Source of the DNA: the human T2T-CHM13v2.0 reference genome, Homo sapiens | DNA: 64,000 bases | Assembly (NCBI RefSeq): GCF_009914755.1 | Contig: NC_060928.1 | Strand: one strand, 5' to 3' | Part shown: positions 40,511 through 55,170 of the stretch, piece by piece | Layout: each line of letters starts with the position of its first letter | Numbering within the stretch: the first letter of the stretch is position 1 | The notes under the pieces: generated by a model | The model's database searches: none | Told to the model about the DNA's origin: nothing | The model's input: the letters and a program-made list of their open reading frames with translations, nothing else | Translations under genes and position numbers: made by a program

Positions 40511-43500
40511 CTCTTGTCACTTATGATAGCAATATAAATACTTCCAGGACTCTTTTGTTTGTAGTGAATTGATATTGGCTAGCAAATGAGTTATTTATCA
40601 ACTAAATGTTTTGAAAATTATTTTAAAAAACACTTTAATATTTCTCACTTGAACTTCAGAATTCAGCAAATGTTACTACCGAAAATAATGATGATGTATT
40701 TCTATAGGTCCTACAGAATTATCTGAAGAGTAAATGAAGGTAGATCTGACTATCTTTTACTCTGTAAAAAAAGATGCTATAGAAATTCGGGATGTCAACG
40801 TGGTGGCAGAAATAATGTGTGAAACAAGTAGTGTAGTGACTTGACAGACTTTAGTTCTAGGACATTGTTATATGTAAGTTTCGCTCCTTTATTGAAATGG
40901 TAGTTGCAAACTATATGTCTCATAAAGAACATCTCATAAATTTTGCATTTATGATTTCTGAACAGGACATGAGTTTGAGGCTAGTGTTATACATCGTTCA
41001 TTCAATCAGATTCTGGGAACTTAATGTCTGAAACTATGTTTCTGATTTCTTCTGGAGTCCAGAGGAAAATTAATGTACATTTCAAATTTACTTTTGAAAA
41101 CCTCATGAGTACCTGGTGAAAATTGTCTTTGGTTCGTAGTTTTTTACTGCCGTACAGTGTTCAGTGTTGCATAATGTCCCCATAGTCATATTGGTGTCTT
41201 CACAGTTTTAATGGGAGTTTTACATATAAGGAAATAGTGACTTACACTACTTAAAAAAATCAATTGTGTCACTTCCATGATGTAGAAACTGCACTGATGA
41301 GATAACAGCCAGGTGTGAGTCAATTTAATGTAACAGGACATCTTAAAATTTTTTCTGGCCATCTCTGTCTACCTTCAATACAAGCTATGCCAAGGCCAAT
41401 AGCACGGAGCTTCAGAAAATCCAAGCCAAGGTTTGTTTTGGAAACGCCACATGAAATTATCTTTCTGTTATTACATTTATAGAAATATTCATTATCAAAC
41501 TAAGTCTTTGCTAAAGTGTTTACCTTTATTTTCTCTCTAAAAGAAAACTACATTTTTTCAAATCTGAAAAATTCAAATCAGTATTTCAAATCACTATTTT
41601 TTTCAGATCTGAAGAAATTAATAAAAACTTGTTGCTTGCAGTTGTGTATAATTTTAATGATTATGCACTTTTTTATGGCGCTGAATCTCAACTGAATATT
41701 TGTCTTGGTTAGAGTTGATATGCTCAAATATGTGTTGTTTTCAAATTGCATTATAAAACAAGTCTTTTTCTGTTCCTACTTTATAAAAAAGTTAATGTTG
41801 TAAGAATGACATGCTGTATTTATCCATGAAATAATGGCTGATTTGAGTGAGGAAATGTGCACCAGCTCTTTGGGGGAATAGTTGAGTGGCTTTTCTGAAT
41901 TTAACTTAGCCTCTGAATTCAGCTGAAGTTATTGAGAACTGTGCAGTGACCCGGAAAACAACAACAATAATCACAAAAGAGTTCCATTGTGACATGTTAA
42001 TAGAAGAAGGGTAGATGCCACTTAAGTTGCCTTTTTCTTCACACACTTGCTTAGACACATTATACTTATCCACACACATATGTTTCTTATATATATATGT
42101 GTGTGTGTGTTTTCATAGGATTATTACAATTTATTGAAATCAGACAGTATCACTAAATATTTCCTACTTAATTTCCTGTGCCCCGAGTGAAAAGATGTTC
42201 AAATTGGGGGAAGAGTCTAAAGGAGAAAGAGCCTTGTGCTAAATCATGTGATTTTATAGGCACATGACATTCTTTCAATGGGGGAATTTCTGGGGGATCG
42301 TTTTTGGGCTGATTTTATGCATATATACCAAACAGTTTATTCATAACATAGGAATATTAGTAGCTATTATGAATATTATTAATCTACTCTACTTAACCTA
42401 TTATGGTAAAAAAAAAACAATTTTCTATCTTTTTTTGTTAAATAAACTTAATGACAAACATCTTGCAAATTAGATTTTCATATATTTCATCTCTTTCTTA
42501 TGCTCAATTTAATCTATCAAAGCCACACATTGTAGAAGACATCTGGTATTGAGCTTAAGCAGCTGGGTTTCATTTGTAAGGGTTTTGAGCAAATTTTGGT
42601 GCTTGCCAACAATAATATAACAGTTGGCCAATGTGTTTTCCTTGTGGCAGATTTGTGCAGTGTGGCAAAATAGACCTGAGTTCAGGATCAGGTGCTTTTC
42701 TGCCTCTTTTTGGCCTGTCTGGTGGGACTTCAGAGGTTTTATGCAGATGTTCATTGAGCACTGGCTGAGCACTTGCTGCAATGGCCATTGAGTACAAATT
42801 AGCTGGTGAGCAGTATTCGACCAACACCCCTCAATTTCAGAAACACGGAGTCTGCAGTTTTCCCAGTATGGTTCTATGTATTTCCTGTATCAGAATCACT
42901 GCAGGTCGTTTTTAACATACAGGTCCCAATACCCCATTTTGAAACCACTAAACCAAATATTTGGGAGTTGAGCTGAGAAGGCTTAAATTTAATAAGCTAT
43001 CCCAAGAGAGTTTGTACACATTGAATTCAAGATAATAAAGTTCAGTTTATTCTTTCCCTACAGATAGAACCTCTAACCCCACTTTCAGAACAAGAGAAGA
43101 AACTGTGTGTATTTAAAAGGGATTTTCAGACTTTGTTTCAAAAGTAACTTACCCATATACCCAGTTTAGACATTCTTTTATAAAATATTTTATCAGCATG
43201 ATGTGTTGTTTAATAAAACAGTTGTCCTAGCACTACACAAATATTGTCCCCAATGATGAAGAAGGGATAAGGAATCTTAATTTAGTATGAACAATCCAAG
43301 TATGAGCTGAAAGATTTCTGCAAGAGTGAAATGAAGTAGGAGTCCCAAATTTCCCGTCTCTTCCTCAGATACATTTAACTAAGTGATTTCTGTCTCCAAA
43401 TAGTCATGAGATACCTATGAAGCGCCTGGAAATCTGTTCAGAGTTTGGCTCTGTGATTGCTCCTTCAGAAAGCACTGTGTTGCAGTTTGCTTGCTCCTGG

Positions 43501-43942
43501 GCCCTCTGCTCATCCCCAGTTATATTAAACAGATTATTCCTAATGGAAAGAGTTATGTCTTTGTGGCTATCTAGGCAGTTTTGGGGACTGTTCTGAAAAG
43601 AAACTAAGTCATAACTCTTTCCTGCTTCTGCTGGAAAAGATCTATGCCAGAATTCTTACTACCTTAGTTTAATATTATTTTGTGGATTCTTGAGTCCAGA
43701 ATTGAGTTTTCCAGATAAACACTTTTGAGTTCCCGGGCAATATGGAAACATACCCAGGGAATGACTGTGTGGTTGATGTGAGGTTTGCCTCTTCGGAAGT
43801 AAATAGGTAGTCTGATTGTTGTTAAAATGTCATTAACTGGAAATGTACTTTTTACCCTATCTTGCTTTGAAAATTAGCACTCAAGATAGCTATTTCAGAG
43901 AGCTCCTGTGTTCACTCAGGAATTTTTGACTTGATTTAGAAT

Positions 43943-43944
<2 letters not shown>

Positions 43945-43997
<53 letters not shown>

Positions 43998-44002
43998 ACA
44001 CA
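43945..44002. repeat. (CA)n microsatellite
   Basis: About 26 perfect CA units. Confidence 0.97.
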
Positions 44003-44579
44003 CCCCTCCATTGAATATACATAGGCAATACCCCAGAATATATAAAATTAAAAGAGAGTAAGAGAAGAGGCATTCCAAATGCTTGGGATTGCCCCATTCC
44101 ATAATCCATGTCATGCATGGGCTACATCTGCAGCTTTTTTAAGTTTCTGGAGGAAGCTCAGCAATGCAGCTGTCTCTAATGTACTGTGAACCTTGAAAAG
44201 GAATTTCCTTTCAAGTAAGAACGGAAGTAGTTTGTGTGTGGGATGATGGAGCTGGAGGTTTCCTTTAACAGAAAATAAAGTGCTGTTATGTAAACAAACA
44301 TGTGTACAACCTAAAACAAAAAAGCACCTACATTTGAAAAAAAGACCTGGTTAATTTTTATTATCTACTTTTGTTTTCTCATTTTTGAAAGCGAAGAAAA
44401 TGAAGCAGAAAGTTGTTAGGTGAATTGTTTAAAGTCTCACTATTAGTACTAGAGTCCCAGGACAGAACTTGGGATCCTAGAATTTTTAGTTCTAGTTCTT
44501 TAGGAATTACTTTAGATTTGGCCTTAGGATTGTTGTTTAGGCTGTATGTTTAGAAAGCCAAAACAAGGTCTTTGCCACA

Positions 44580-44966
44580 TGATATGTTTGGATTTGTGTC
44601 CCCACCTAAATCTCATGATGAATTGTAATTCCCAATGTTGGGGGAGGGACCTGGTGGGAGGTGATTGGATCTTGGCGGTGGTTTTCCCCCTTGCTGTTCT
44701 TGTGACAGTGAGTGAGTTCTCATGAGATCTGATGGTTTAAAAGTGTGTGGCACTTCCCCATTCACTCACTGTCTCTCCTGCCGTCACGTGAAGATGTGCT
44801 TGCTTCCCCTTTGCCCTTCCACCGTAATTGTGAGTTTCCTGAGGCCTCACCAGCCATGCCTCCTGTACAGCCTGTGGAACTGTGAGTCAATTCAACCTCT
44901 TTTCTTCATAAATCATGCATTCTCAGGTAGTTTTTTTTTATAGCAGTGTAAGAACAGACTAATATA
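44580..44966 (+). mobile_element. MSTA-like MaLR solo LTR
   Basis: tgatatgtttggatttgtgtccccacc...gaacagactaatata; 5-bp TSD ccaca on both sides. Confidence 0.9.
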
Positions 44967-46479
44967 CCACAGGAGCATTTTATTTAAGAAACAGGTTACA
45001 AAACATTCCCTACCATCACCACCACCTCCAAGAATAAATGTCAGTGTATGAAAAAAGCTCAGAACTGATAACTTCTGCTTTGATTTCCTATTTATTCTAA
45101 TATATGCATTCTAATATTCTAATATAATTTGCAAAAAGTACTCTATATTCAACCACATTTAGACTTTCATAATTTAGTGATTCTGGGAATGCAGCTTATG
45201 CATAGTTTGTTCTGACCTAAAATATCTCATTATCTGAGGTGAGAAGGGGACAAAGTAGAGGAACACATTTGAGTTCTAGGACAAAAAATTTGCACCCCAG
45301 ATTGAAGAATGGAGCATCTTTTTTTTCCTCTTCCTAAAATGTTAATCTAAAGAGATTACATGCAAAATACCCTAACTAGCTATGACTGCAAATAAGAAAC
45401 GTGATCTGCAGCTGTACACCTTGGAAATGAGTGTGAACATCTCTACAGATTTATTTCTTAATGCTAAAATTGCATGGTTAATGTTCCTTTCCATTGTAGG
45501 ATATCACTTGTACTTGGATCCTCTAGATTTACACATTTGATTTTATGGCTTTGGGCAATTGCTGTAGAATGTTTTAGAATAATCAGTGAACCTTCTTTAG
45601 CAGGTAAAATTGGTGTAGTATTTATCCTGATTTTTCAAACTCTCCATTAATTATTTCTTCAGTAACTGTAAATACTGACTTTGGTTTTGCAAGCCGAATG
45701 AGAATGCTTCGTTTCCTCCTGTGGCTTTGTTTTGCTGCTTATATTTGCTACTTAAGGGCTTTTAAAAATCTGCTAAAGATGTCATATTATCTATTGACAT
45801 TTTATAAGATACTCTGGCAAAATTACTCCCCCAAGAAGTTCTAGAATGGTTTACTTTTTAGTCTGGATTGTTTTTATTATTTCTCTGCTTTTAATGAATC
45901 ACCTTATTATCCTCAAAATAATAAAAAAAGATCTAGGGGTAAAAAAGAAAGTGGCATTCTTATAGTTACAATAGCTATTAATAAACTAATAGACAATAAC
46001 TAACATATTCCATGTGTGGTTTTACAATTTAGAAATCCAAGCATACAAATATCAGCATTCATTTTAGGTTTTAATATGTGCATGTTTCCATTTATAGATG
46101 TTAAGCACAGGACAAGTTAAGGATAGTTGCTCTTTCAGATATAAAAATACTTATGGTTTTACAGTTTTTTTAGCTATAGTGATTAAAATAATATGATTAT
46201 AGCCTAGGGTAGATCATAGGTGCAGGAGCTTTTATTATTCCATTTGTATAAATGTAGAAACAGTTCGGAGAAGATAAATAACTTGCTCGAGGTCACAGAG
46301 TTAATACATGGTACATTTTAGATTGAAATCAACACTGGCGTTTGTATCTTTTCTTCTAGCAGCTATACCAAATAACATTTCTTAGAGGAGAATATTTATA
46401 TGACTTGATATTCAAAAATATGCAAAACCACATAACATAAAACATTTTAGAATTTGTTAACAGTAAAATCAGTAGTAGT

Positions 46480-48260
46480 AAATAAAACAAACTACAGACA
46501 GGCAAAAGGACACCCCATACTCTTGAAAAACATGCTGTATGACATATAACTGGAAAGTATCTATTATTAATTGCATATAAAAAATCTTCAAGAAGGAGAA
46601 AAATGAAAATAAACAATAAAAGTAGCAGAAGACACGAACAGGGCATTCATAGAGGAGTAATATGGAAATATAGGAAAAGAAGCTAAATAAATAGAGAATT
46701 GCAAGTTAAAATAATATGACATATCACATTATAGTCAGCAGATTGGCAAAATAATTAGCAGTTTTAGATTACCAAGGTTTGGCAAGGATGTGGAGAAATG
46801 GGAACCCTTAACCACTGTTAGTTGGAGTATAATAGTTTCAACCATTTTTAAGAGTGATATATATCATTTATAGGTATAGATAAATAATTATATGGAAATA
46901 TTCATAAGATTAAGAAACTGTCATAGATATGACACCAAAAGCAAAAGCAATAATAGAAAAAAATAATGAAACAGTCTTTGTCAATTAAAAAAATTATGTG
47001 CTTTAGAACAGGGGTTCCCAACCCCTGGACCATGGACTGGTAGTCATCCCTGACCTGTTAGGAACTGGCCACACAGCAGGAAGTGAGCAGTTGGCAAGTG
47101 AGCATTATCGCCTGAGTTGTGCCTCCTGTCAGATCAGTGGGAGCGTTAGATGCTCATAGGAGAGCAAACGCTGTTGTGAACTGTGCATGCAAGGGTTCAT
47201 GCACAGTTGTGGGCTCCTTATGAGAATCTAATGCCTGATGATCTGAGGTGGAACAAACCATCCCCCACCACCCCTCCCACCCCTGTGCATACAAAAATTG
47301 TCTTCCACAAAACTGGTCTTTGGTGCCGCAAAGACTGAGGACTGCTGTTTTAGAGCACGTCGCCAAGAAAGTGAAAAGACAGTCCACATAATGGAAGAAT
47401 ATATTTGCAAATCATGTATCTTATAACACCCATGAATCTAGCCTATGTAAAGAACCGTTACAAATTAATAATAAAAAGAAAAATAACCCAGTTTGAAAAT
47501 GGACGAGGATCTCAGCAGACATTTCTCCAAAGAATGTATACAAGTGGCTGACAATCACATGAAAAAATGCTCAGCATCCTGTTATCAGAGAAATTCAATC
47601 AAAAACACAATATACCACTTCACATGTACTAGGATGGCTGTAATAAAAGATATAATAAAAAATGATCCTAAAGATGTGGAGAAATTGGAATCCTCATCTG
47701 TGGCTCCTGGGAATATAAAATGGTACCACCACTTTGGTAAACAGTCTGGCAGTTTCTCAAAGTGATAATCATGTAGTTGTCATATGATCCAGCAATTTGA
47801 CTCCTAGGTATATACCGAAGAGAGATGAGAAAATGTGTCCACAAAAAACTTGCACCCAGATGTTCATAGCAGCGTTATAGGTAATATAAATGTTAAATAT
47901 ATTACTAATACAAACTGTTGTATATCTATATAATAGAATGTTATTTGGCAATAAAAAGAATGAAGTACTGATACATGCTACAACATGGATAAATCTTGAA
48001 AACTATGCTAAGTGAAAGAAACCAGATACAAAGACCATAGGTTGTATTTTCTATTTACATGAAAATTCCAGAGAGGCGTGGGGGCATAGAGAGTGACTGC
48101 CTGTATATGGTTTTGTTTTTGAGGGGGTTGAAAATGTTCTAAAATTATGTCATTTGATGGTTGCATAACTCTATGCCTATATTAAAAAGCAATGATTTGT
48201 ACATGTTAAATGAGTGAATTTTATAGTATGTTAATTATATCCCAATAAAGCTCCTAAAAA
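46480..48260 (+). mobile_element. Old L1M fragments (ORF2 end and 3'UTR), interrupted by MER1
   Basis: Remnant DLSRHFSKE...HMKKCS; aaaaagaatgaagtactgatacatgctacaacatggat; ends cccaataaagc. Confidence 0.75.
47009..47347. mobile_element. MER1B-like hAT-Charlie element
   Basis: caggggttcccaacccc...gactgaggactgctg; 8-bp TSD ctttagaa / ttttagag. Confidence 0.85.
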
Positions 48261-49450
48261 TATTCATAGGCGTGATAATCAAATTTAGGATAGTGCAGAA
48301 TAAGGGAGGTGAAGGAACTGGTACTCATTTGACTTCATTCTCTAATATTTTATTCCTTAGAAGTAAAATATCTGTTAAGATTTTATAAAAATGAATTGTA
48401 AGAATCTTGTATTCTCTTATCCATTTTTAAATATATTTGTAGCATTTTATATAACAGAAGAGTCAGCCAGAAATGAAATTAAGTACATTATCCCTCCTCC
48501 CTTTCAGCTTGAAACATGGATTTTTTCCTAATAATTGAAGACGGTTCAAGAAAATATCTTCTACAAGAAAATATGCAACTAGGAGTCCTGCAATGAACGT
48601 TGTTTGCTTTCTTCAATATCAATTATAATAATATTTTATCTTTAAAATCAGAATTTTACCGAAACAGTTTTGTCATTTTATTATTTAACTGATGAGAAAA
48701 ACTATATGTGATTTAGAGTTGCCATGAGTCCTGATTCAAATCAGATTACTTTTCTTTTGCTAAAAACTTAGCGCAGTAGCCCACCTGCAATCCTGCTTGC
48801 TTAAGGGGAAATGGTACCTTCTTGGGACAGCTGCTGTTCATAATTCTCAGTCTAGCCTTGTGAGTAGCTGTTAATTTGCCTATGAACCTTTATCATGGTC
48901 TCTCCCCTCACAGAATAAAAGATTCTCTTGGCAGACAAAGCACAGGCCCTAGGCCAGAAAGGCTCATTCCTGAATCAGAGGTGTCTATTACTTTTCTACT
49001 TGTTAATATAACAGAAATGCCTTTCCTGTCACAGGGGAGAGTGGTTGGGAAATTGCCTGTACTGACAAGCCCTTCTCAGATAGGAGGAGCACATAGACAT
49101 AACATAAGCATATTTTCCTAGAATATTGTTTCATGCTTTTCCCACTCAGGGCCATGGCCATTACTGGGGAGGGAAAACGACCTCAGGGCCTTGAGGTTTG
49201 TTTGTTGTGGTATTAATAACATATGATGGCAAAGATGAATATAGTTATGCTAGCATTCAAATACAGTTGGAAATGCAGTTATTCTGTAGCATACAGGTTA
49301 GGTAAAGTTTCTTTCTTCTGTTTCTAGAGCTTGTAAACATAGGAGCGATTGGAATAGTTTAAGCAAAGTCAAAGTGAGAAAATATGCAGTGCCAGAAGCT
49401 TGTGTGAGGGAGTGGAAATTTTTGCACAAAAGCCAGAATTTGACTAGATA

Positions 49451-49632
49451 ATACTTTTCAAATTGTGGTCCCTGCAGTGGCATTACATGGGAACCTGGTA
49501 TAAAAGCAAATTATTGGGTCTCAACTAAAATCCACTGAATCAAAAACCTTAGGGGGTTTTTGAGCCCAGAGATCCATGTTTTAACAAGCCCCTCAGTGAT
49601 TTTGTTATGCATTAAACTTTGAGAACCACTGG
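49451..49632. mobile_element. MER5A-like hAT element
   Basis: ttttcaaattgtggtccc...tgttttaacaagcccctcagtgatt...tttgagaaccactgg. Confidence 0.8.
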
Positions 49633-51129
49633 ACTAAATTATGTTGGTTTTTCAATGGCAGGTGAATAACAGGCAATGGAAATGCATGGAAATGCATTTG
49701 TGAGCACAGTTTTGGAACGATTAAAGCATTTTATTTAGGTAATAGAGTCTTCTGTCTTATTTTTCTAGTAGAGGAATTTTAGTTTATGCTACAATATCAA
49801 GATATCTGATTTAATCCATGCATCTCTGAAGGATGTATTGGTTTCTTATTTCTTTTAATTGAGAGAGTTGTTGAATGATTTAATAGAACTTTGGAATTTT
49901 CAAACTGAAGTGATATTTTTATTTGCTATAAATTATAGGTGCTTTCTTTGTATGCCATTTTATTCCCTAAACTGGTAGCATTTTACAGATTTAATAGGGC
50001 CTAGATCTACTCTTAAGTCCTGAAGGTATAATCCAAATAATTTAGAAAATTGCTAAGGGCATTCCCCAGGTCACTTTACTGTGTAATTTTTTCCCAAGTA
50101 TGTTTTGCATTTTAAATGTTTTCATTTTTCCTCTTAATCTTGTTATTTATCAGTAACACATGATGTGTTGGCATCTTCTGGAATAACACATTTGTTCCAA
50201 GTGAAAAGGACTAGGTTTAGAAAACCTAGTCGGCCAAGAAGTTTACCCGACAGAAACCTATGTTGAATCTAAAATTAATGTGCTCACATTTTCCATCAAA
50301 ATGAAAATGGAATGAAGCCAAGAAAGCACTATGAGAAGAAGTTTGTTGGTCTCTGCCCTGCATGAACAGCATTAACAAAATATGTCATTTAGTCTTGTAA
50401 ATAATAGACGTGTTGAAAACAATATTTTACCTTTAAGTCTGAGATGAGACACAAACTCTGATTATGTTACTCCTCCCCTTAAGCATCATTTTATTACATC
50501 TTTAAGCATATAATGACTTGAAGAAACCATTTTTTCCTTTGGTTTATCAAACCTTTATTAAATGTTTAGTGTCTTCAAACGTTGTGAAATGCCCTGTGGA
50601 TTTAAGGAAAACATTCCCAGATGGAGGTCGCGGGGGCAAACAAATACAAAGAATACTTTGGGAACGGATAGGTGTGCATCTGACTTAAAGGGAGGTCTGA
50701 ATCAAGTTGAGAACTAAAGGATGATAAGGCATTTAGAGGCAAAGAAAGGAAGTAAACAAGTTCCACATAGAGGGACCAACATTCGCAAAACACCCAGAAA
50801 GATCTAAAAGAGCATGGCACTGCCGGAGAACTGCACAGGGTTTAGTGTCACTGCAGAGTTGGAGGTGAGGGGTAGTGAGCAGCTAAGTTGAGATTTTAAA
50901 CAGGGGAATGATGATGAAGGTTTGTGTAGACACAGGCTAGGAACCACATGTTTTTTTCCTGTGGGTGTGTAGATCCGTGGCTGGCTCTTGAGAAGAAAAG
51001 TAACATAATCGTATTTCCCGTTTTCTCTATCACTTAATGGCAGTTCCATCCTTATAGTTAATTAAGACAAAACTATATTATGCTTAGCTTTTCCTTGTCT
51101 CTCACATAATAGACATGGCTCACTGGAAA

Positions 51130-51640
51130 ATTAGTCAGTACTGTCTACATTGGGCATCTGTGTGTACCACGTCCAAATCCTCTTTGACCTACCCGTGACT
51201 GCTGTCAGGGCTACAGCCACCAGTTCCATGGAGACATTGCCCAGCTTTGTGAAGGTGGAACTGAACACTATCTCATCTCCTGGCCTCCTGTCATGGACCC
51301 TCTTTGATGCAGCACATGGGATGCTAGGAGCAACCATTCTATACTCATGTATAACCTGCAATGAGGGCTGGTTAATGGCCCATGAAAGCAGACCTTACCA
51401 GTGGGGGATAGGAACTGAGAGGTAATCACTTCTCCTTTTATTCCATGGGTTGGCTATACTTGGACTTGTTTCCTTTAGTGAGATTGAACTAGATAACTTA
51501 TCCTTGAATTGCCATTGTTTCCTTTGTTATTTCACAACCCCAGTCACAAACTTCAACTTCCTGGGATGTCATTCCCAAATAAACTCACTCTATGCAAGCA
51601 GTTGTCTTAGGCTTTACTTTCCTGAGGAACCAAAATTATG
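51130..51640 (+). mobile_element. Old ERVL-type LTR (LTR16/LTR33-like)
   Basis: Ends cccaaataaact...ttgtcttaggctttactttcctgaggaacc; 5' boundary uncertain. Confidence 0.45.
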
Positions 51641-51654
51641 AAGTACCTTCAAAG

Positions 51655-51934
51655 TACAGCAAGTCCTCACTTAATGTTGTTGATAGGCTTTTGGAAACTG
51701 GCACTTTAAGCAAAATGACATATAATGAAACCAATTTTTTTCATCAGTGTTATAATGGAAATATATTGTCTCACTTCACTATAGTGACATGTATTTTGAA
51801 GCTTAGGTTTTTACCAATAGGAAATGACATTATTTTGCTGAAGGAAATGACATTAAGGACTTGCTACACATTGTTTTGCTTAAAGTTGCAATTTCTAAGA
51901 ATCTATCGACACCATTAAGTGAGGACTTATTATA
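51655..51934. mobile_element. MER82-like Tigger derivative, internally deleted, long TIRs
   Basis: (ta)cagcaagtcctcacttaatgttgttgatagg... versus ...ctatcgacaccattaagtgaggactta; TA flanks. Confidence 0.75.
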
Positions 51935-53390
<1,456 letters not shown>

Positions 53391-54404
53391 CTGTAGGGTA
53401 AACTAGTGCCTAGTGAGGAAGTTTTGCCTTGAGTTAGTCTAGTGGCCTTACAAAAAAACAAACAAGGAGGACCCATATGTAACTCACTGTGTTCCTGCAG
53501 GAGCATAGAAGTTCTTAATCATTGCCACTATTTCTTTTCTAGATTATTTAAAAAATAGAAAAAGAAAACTTTAAGAAATAAAAAAATGTATTGTACATTT
53601 TGAAAGAAAGATAAAGGCATTTATCTTAAGACAAAACGCCTGAGTATCTCTAGAGTACAAGGAATTTACCTTTAGTTTGTCCTGGCTAGCCTCAAACTCT
53701 TTATTTTGCTTTCATAGCCATTTCCTTTTGTTGAAAACATGTTGAAGTACTTTTTCTTCTTCCTTTAGTCACCAGAAATGAGTATGTTCTATACTAAAAC
53801 ACTCAGAATCCATGTAATGAAAAATGTCTAAATGTTTCAAGTAAGATTTTTGGTATGTATGTATCTGTTTCATAATATAAAAATTTTAATTGTTGTATTC
53901 TTCACCAACACGTTTTTCATGTATTCTGAAGCTTAGGTTTTTGCCAGTAGCTTTCATACCTCTGGTGATTTTATTACCTTATTTAATAGAGGAGAGTCAA
54001 GCATCTTGAACTGGTCTTCAATTTAGAAATTTATTAAACAATTTCATTTCTCAAGGGAGCAATTACTGTTGGAAAACATTATTATATACAAATCTCTGGG
54101 CCAATAGAGGATAGAGATGAGAAAGATACTGCCCAAGGAAATTTATAGAAACTAAATTAAAACAAAAATCACTCTGTCTGATCAGTAATCATCTCTTAGT
54201 TGGTGAATATACCTTAGCTGTGGATGAAATCTTTGACTTATTTGAATGGAATCTTTGCTGTTTAATCTCATACTGATACTTTGCAGTACACTAAGAAGAT
54301 GTTAATGGTTTGCCAGTCTGAGCTTACATTGGATACTCAGTGGGTCACAGAGTTATGAAGGGCTATGTTGCCAAAATTGCAATCAGTAAAGCATAGATTA
54401 TGAA

Positions 54405-54418
54405 TATATATGTGTGTT

Positions 54419-54459
<41 letters not shown>
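54405..54459. repeat. Compound (TG)n(TA)n microsatellite
   Basis: Directly visible. Confidence 0.9.
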
Positions 54460-54570
54460 GAACTCTATATTGCTGACAATGAAATTACAGTTCTTGCTTT
54501 CTTGAATGGAAGAAATCATGAAAACCATAATTCAAGGGCCTGAGATACTTCAGATTTAGTTAAATAACCC

Positions 54571-54633
54571 TTTGTATTTGTTTTTTAAAATGCCTGGTTA
54601 TTTGTATTTGTTTTTTAAAATGCCTGGTTATTT
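54571..54633. repeat. Perfect 30-bp tandem duplication
   Basis: tttgtatttgttttttaaaatgcctggtta x2. Confidence 0.95.
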
Positions 54634-54650
54634 AGTGACACTTTGTTAAC

Positions 54651-55170
54651 TGTTAATTGGGGTTCTCCAGAGAAACAGAGCCAATAAGGTGATAAGGCGT
54701 GTGTGTCTGTTTGTGTGCATGTGTGTAAAGAGATTTATTATAAGGAATTGGCTCACTTGATTCTGGAGGCTAACAAGTCCCAAGATCTGCACTTGGCAAG
54801 CTCAGGACCTAGGAAATTGGATGGCATGGTTTGAGGCAGAAGGCCAGCAAAGTCAAGACTTAGGCAGAGGGGAGGTTTCAGTTCAAGTGCAAAGAAAGGA
54901 AAAAAAGCCCATGTCCTAGTATGAAGGCAGTCAGGCGGGGCTCTCTTACTTTGAGAAAGGGTCAGCCTTTTTGTTCAATTCAGGCTTTCAGCTGATTGGA
55001 TGAGGCCCACCCGCAGTAGGGAGAGCAATCTGCTTTACCCAGTCTATAGATTTCAATGTTAATCTCATCCAAAGACACCCTCACTTACATAAACACTCAG
55101 AATTATGTTTGAGCAAATATCTGGGCACCTTATGTCCCAGTCAAGTTGATGCACATAATTAACCATCACA
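54651..55170 (-). mobile_element. MLT2B-like ERVL solo LTR
   Basis: gggttctccagagaaacagagccaata...gagatttattataaggaattggctcac...aattaaccatcaca; TSD ttaac / ataac. Confidence 0.85.

Noticed and set aside
40700-41660. Possible extra exons (ag|...|gt pairs near 40708-40739, 41337-41430 and an acceptor at 41606)
   Set aside because: Weak splice signals and no recognisable protein; expected by chance in a long intron.
48490-48520. Strong-looking acceptor ccctcctccctttcag
   Set aside because: No convincing paired donor or ORF; cannot be supported without RNA data.
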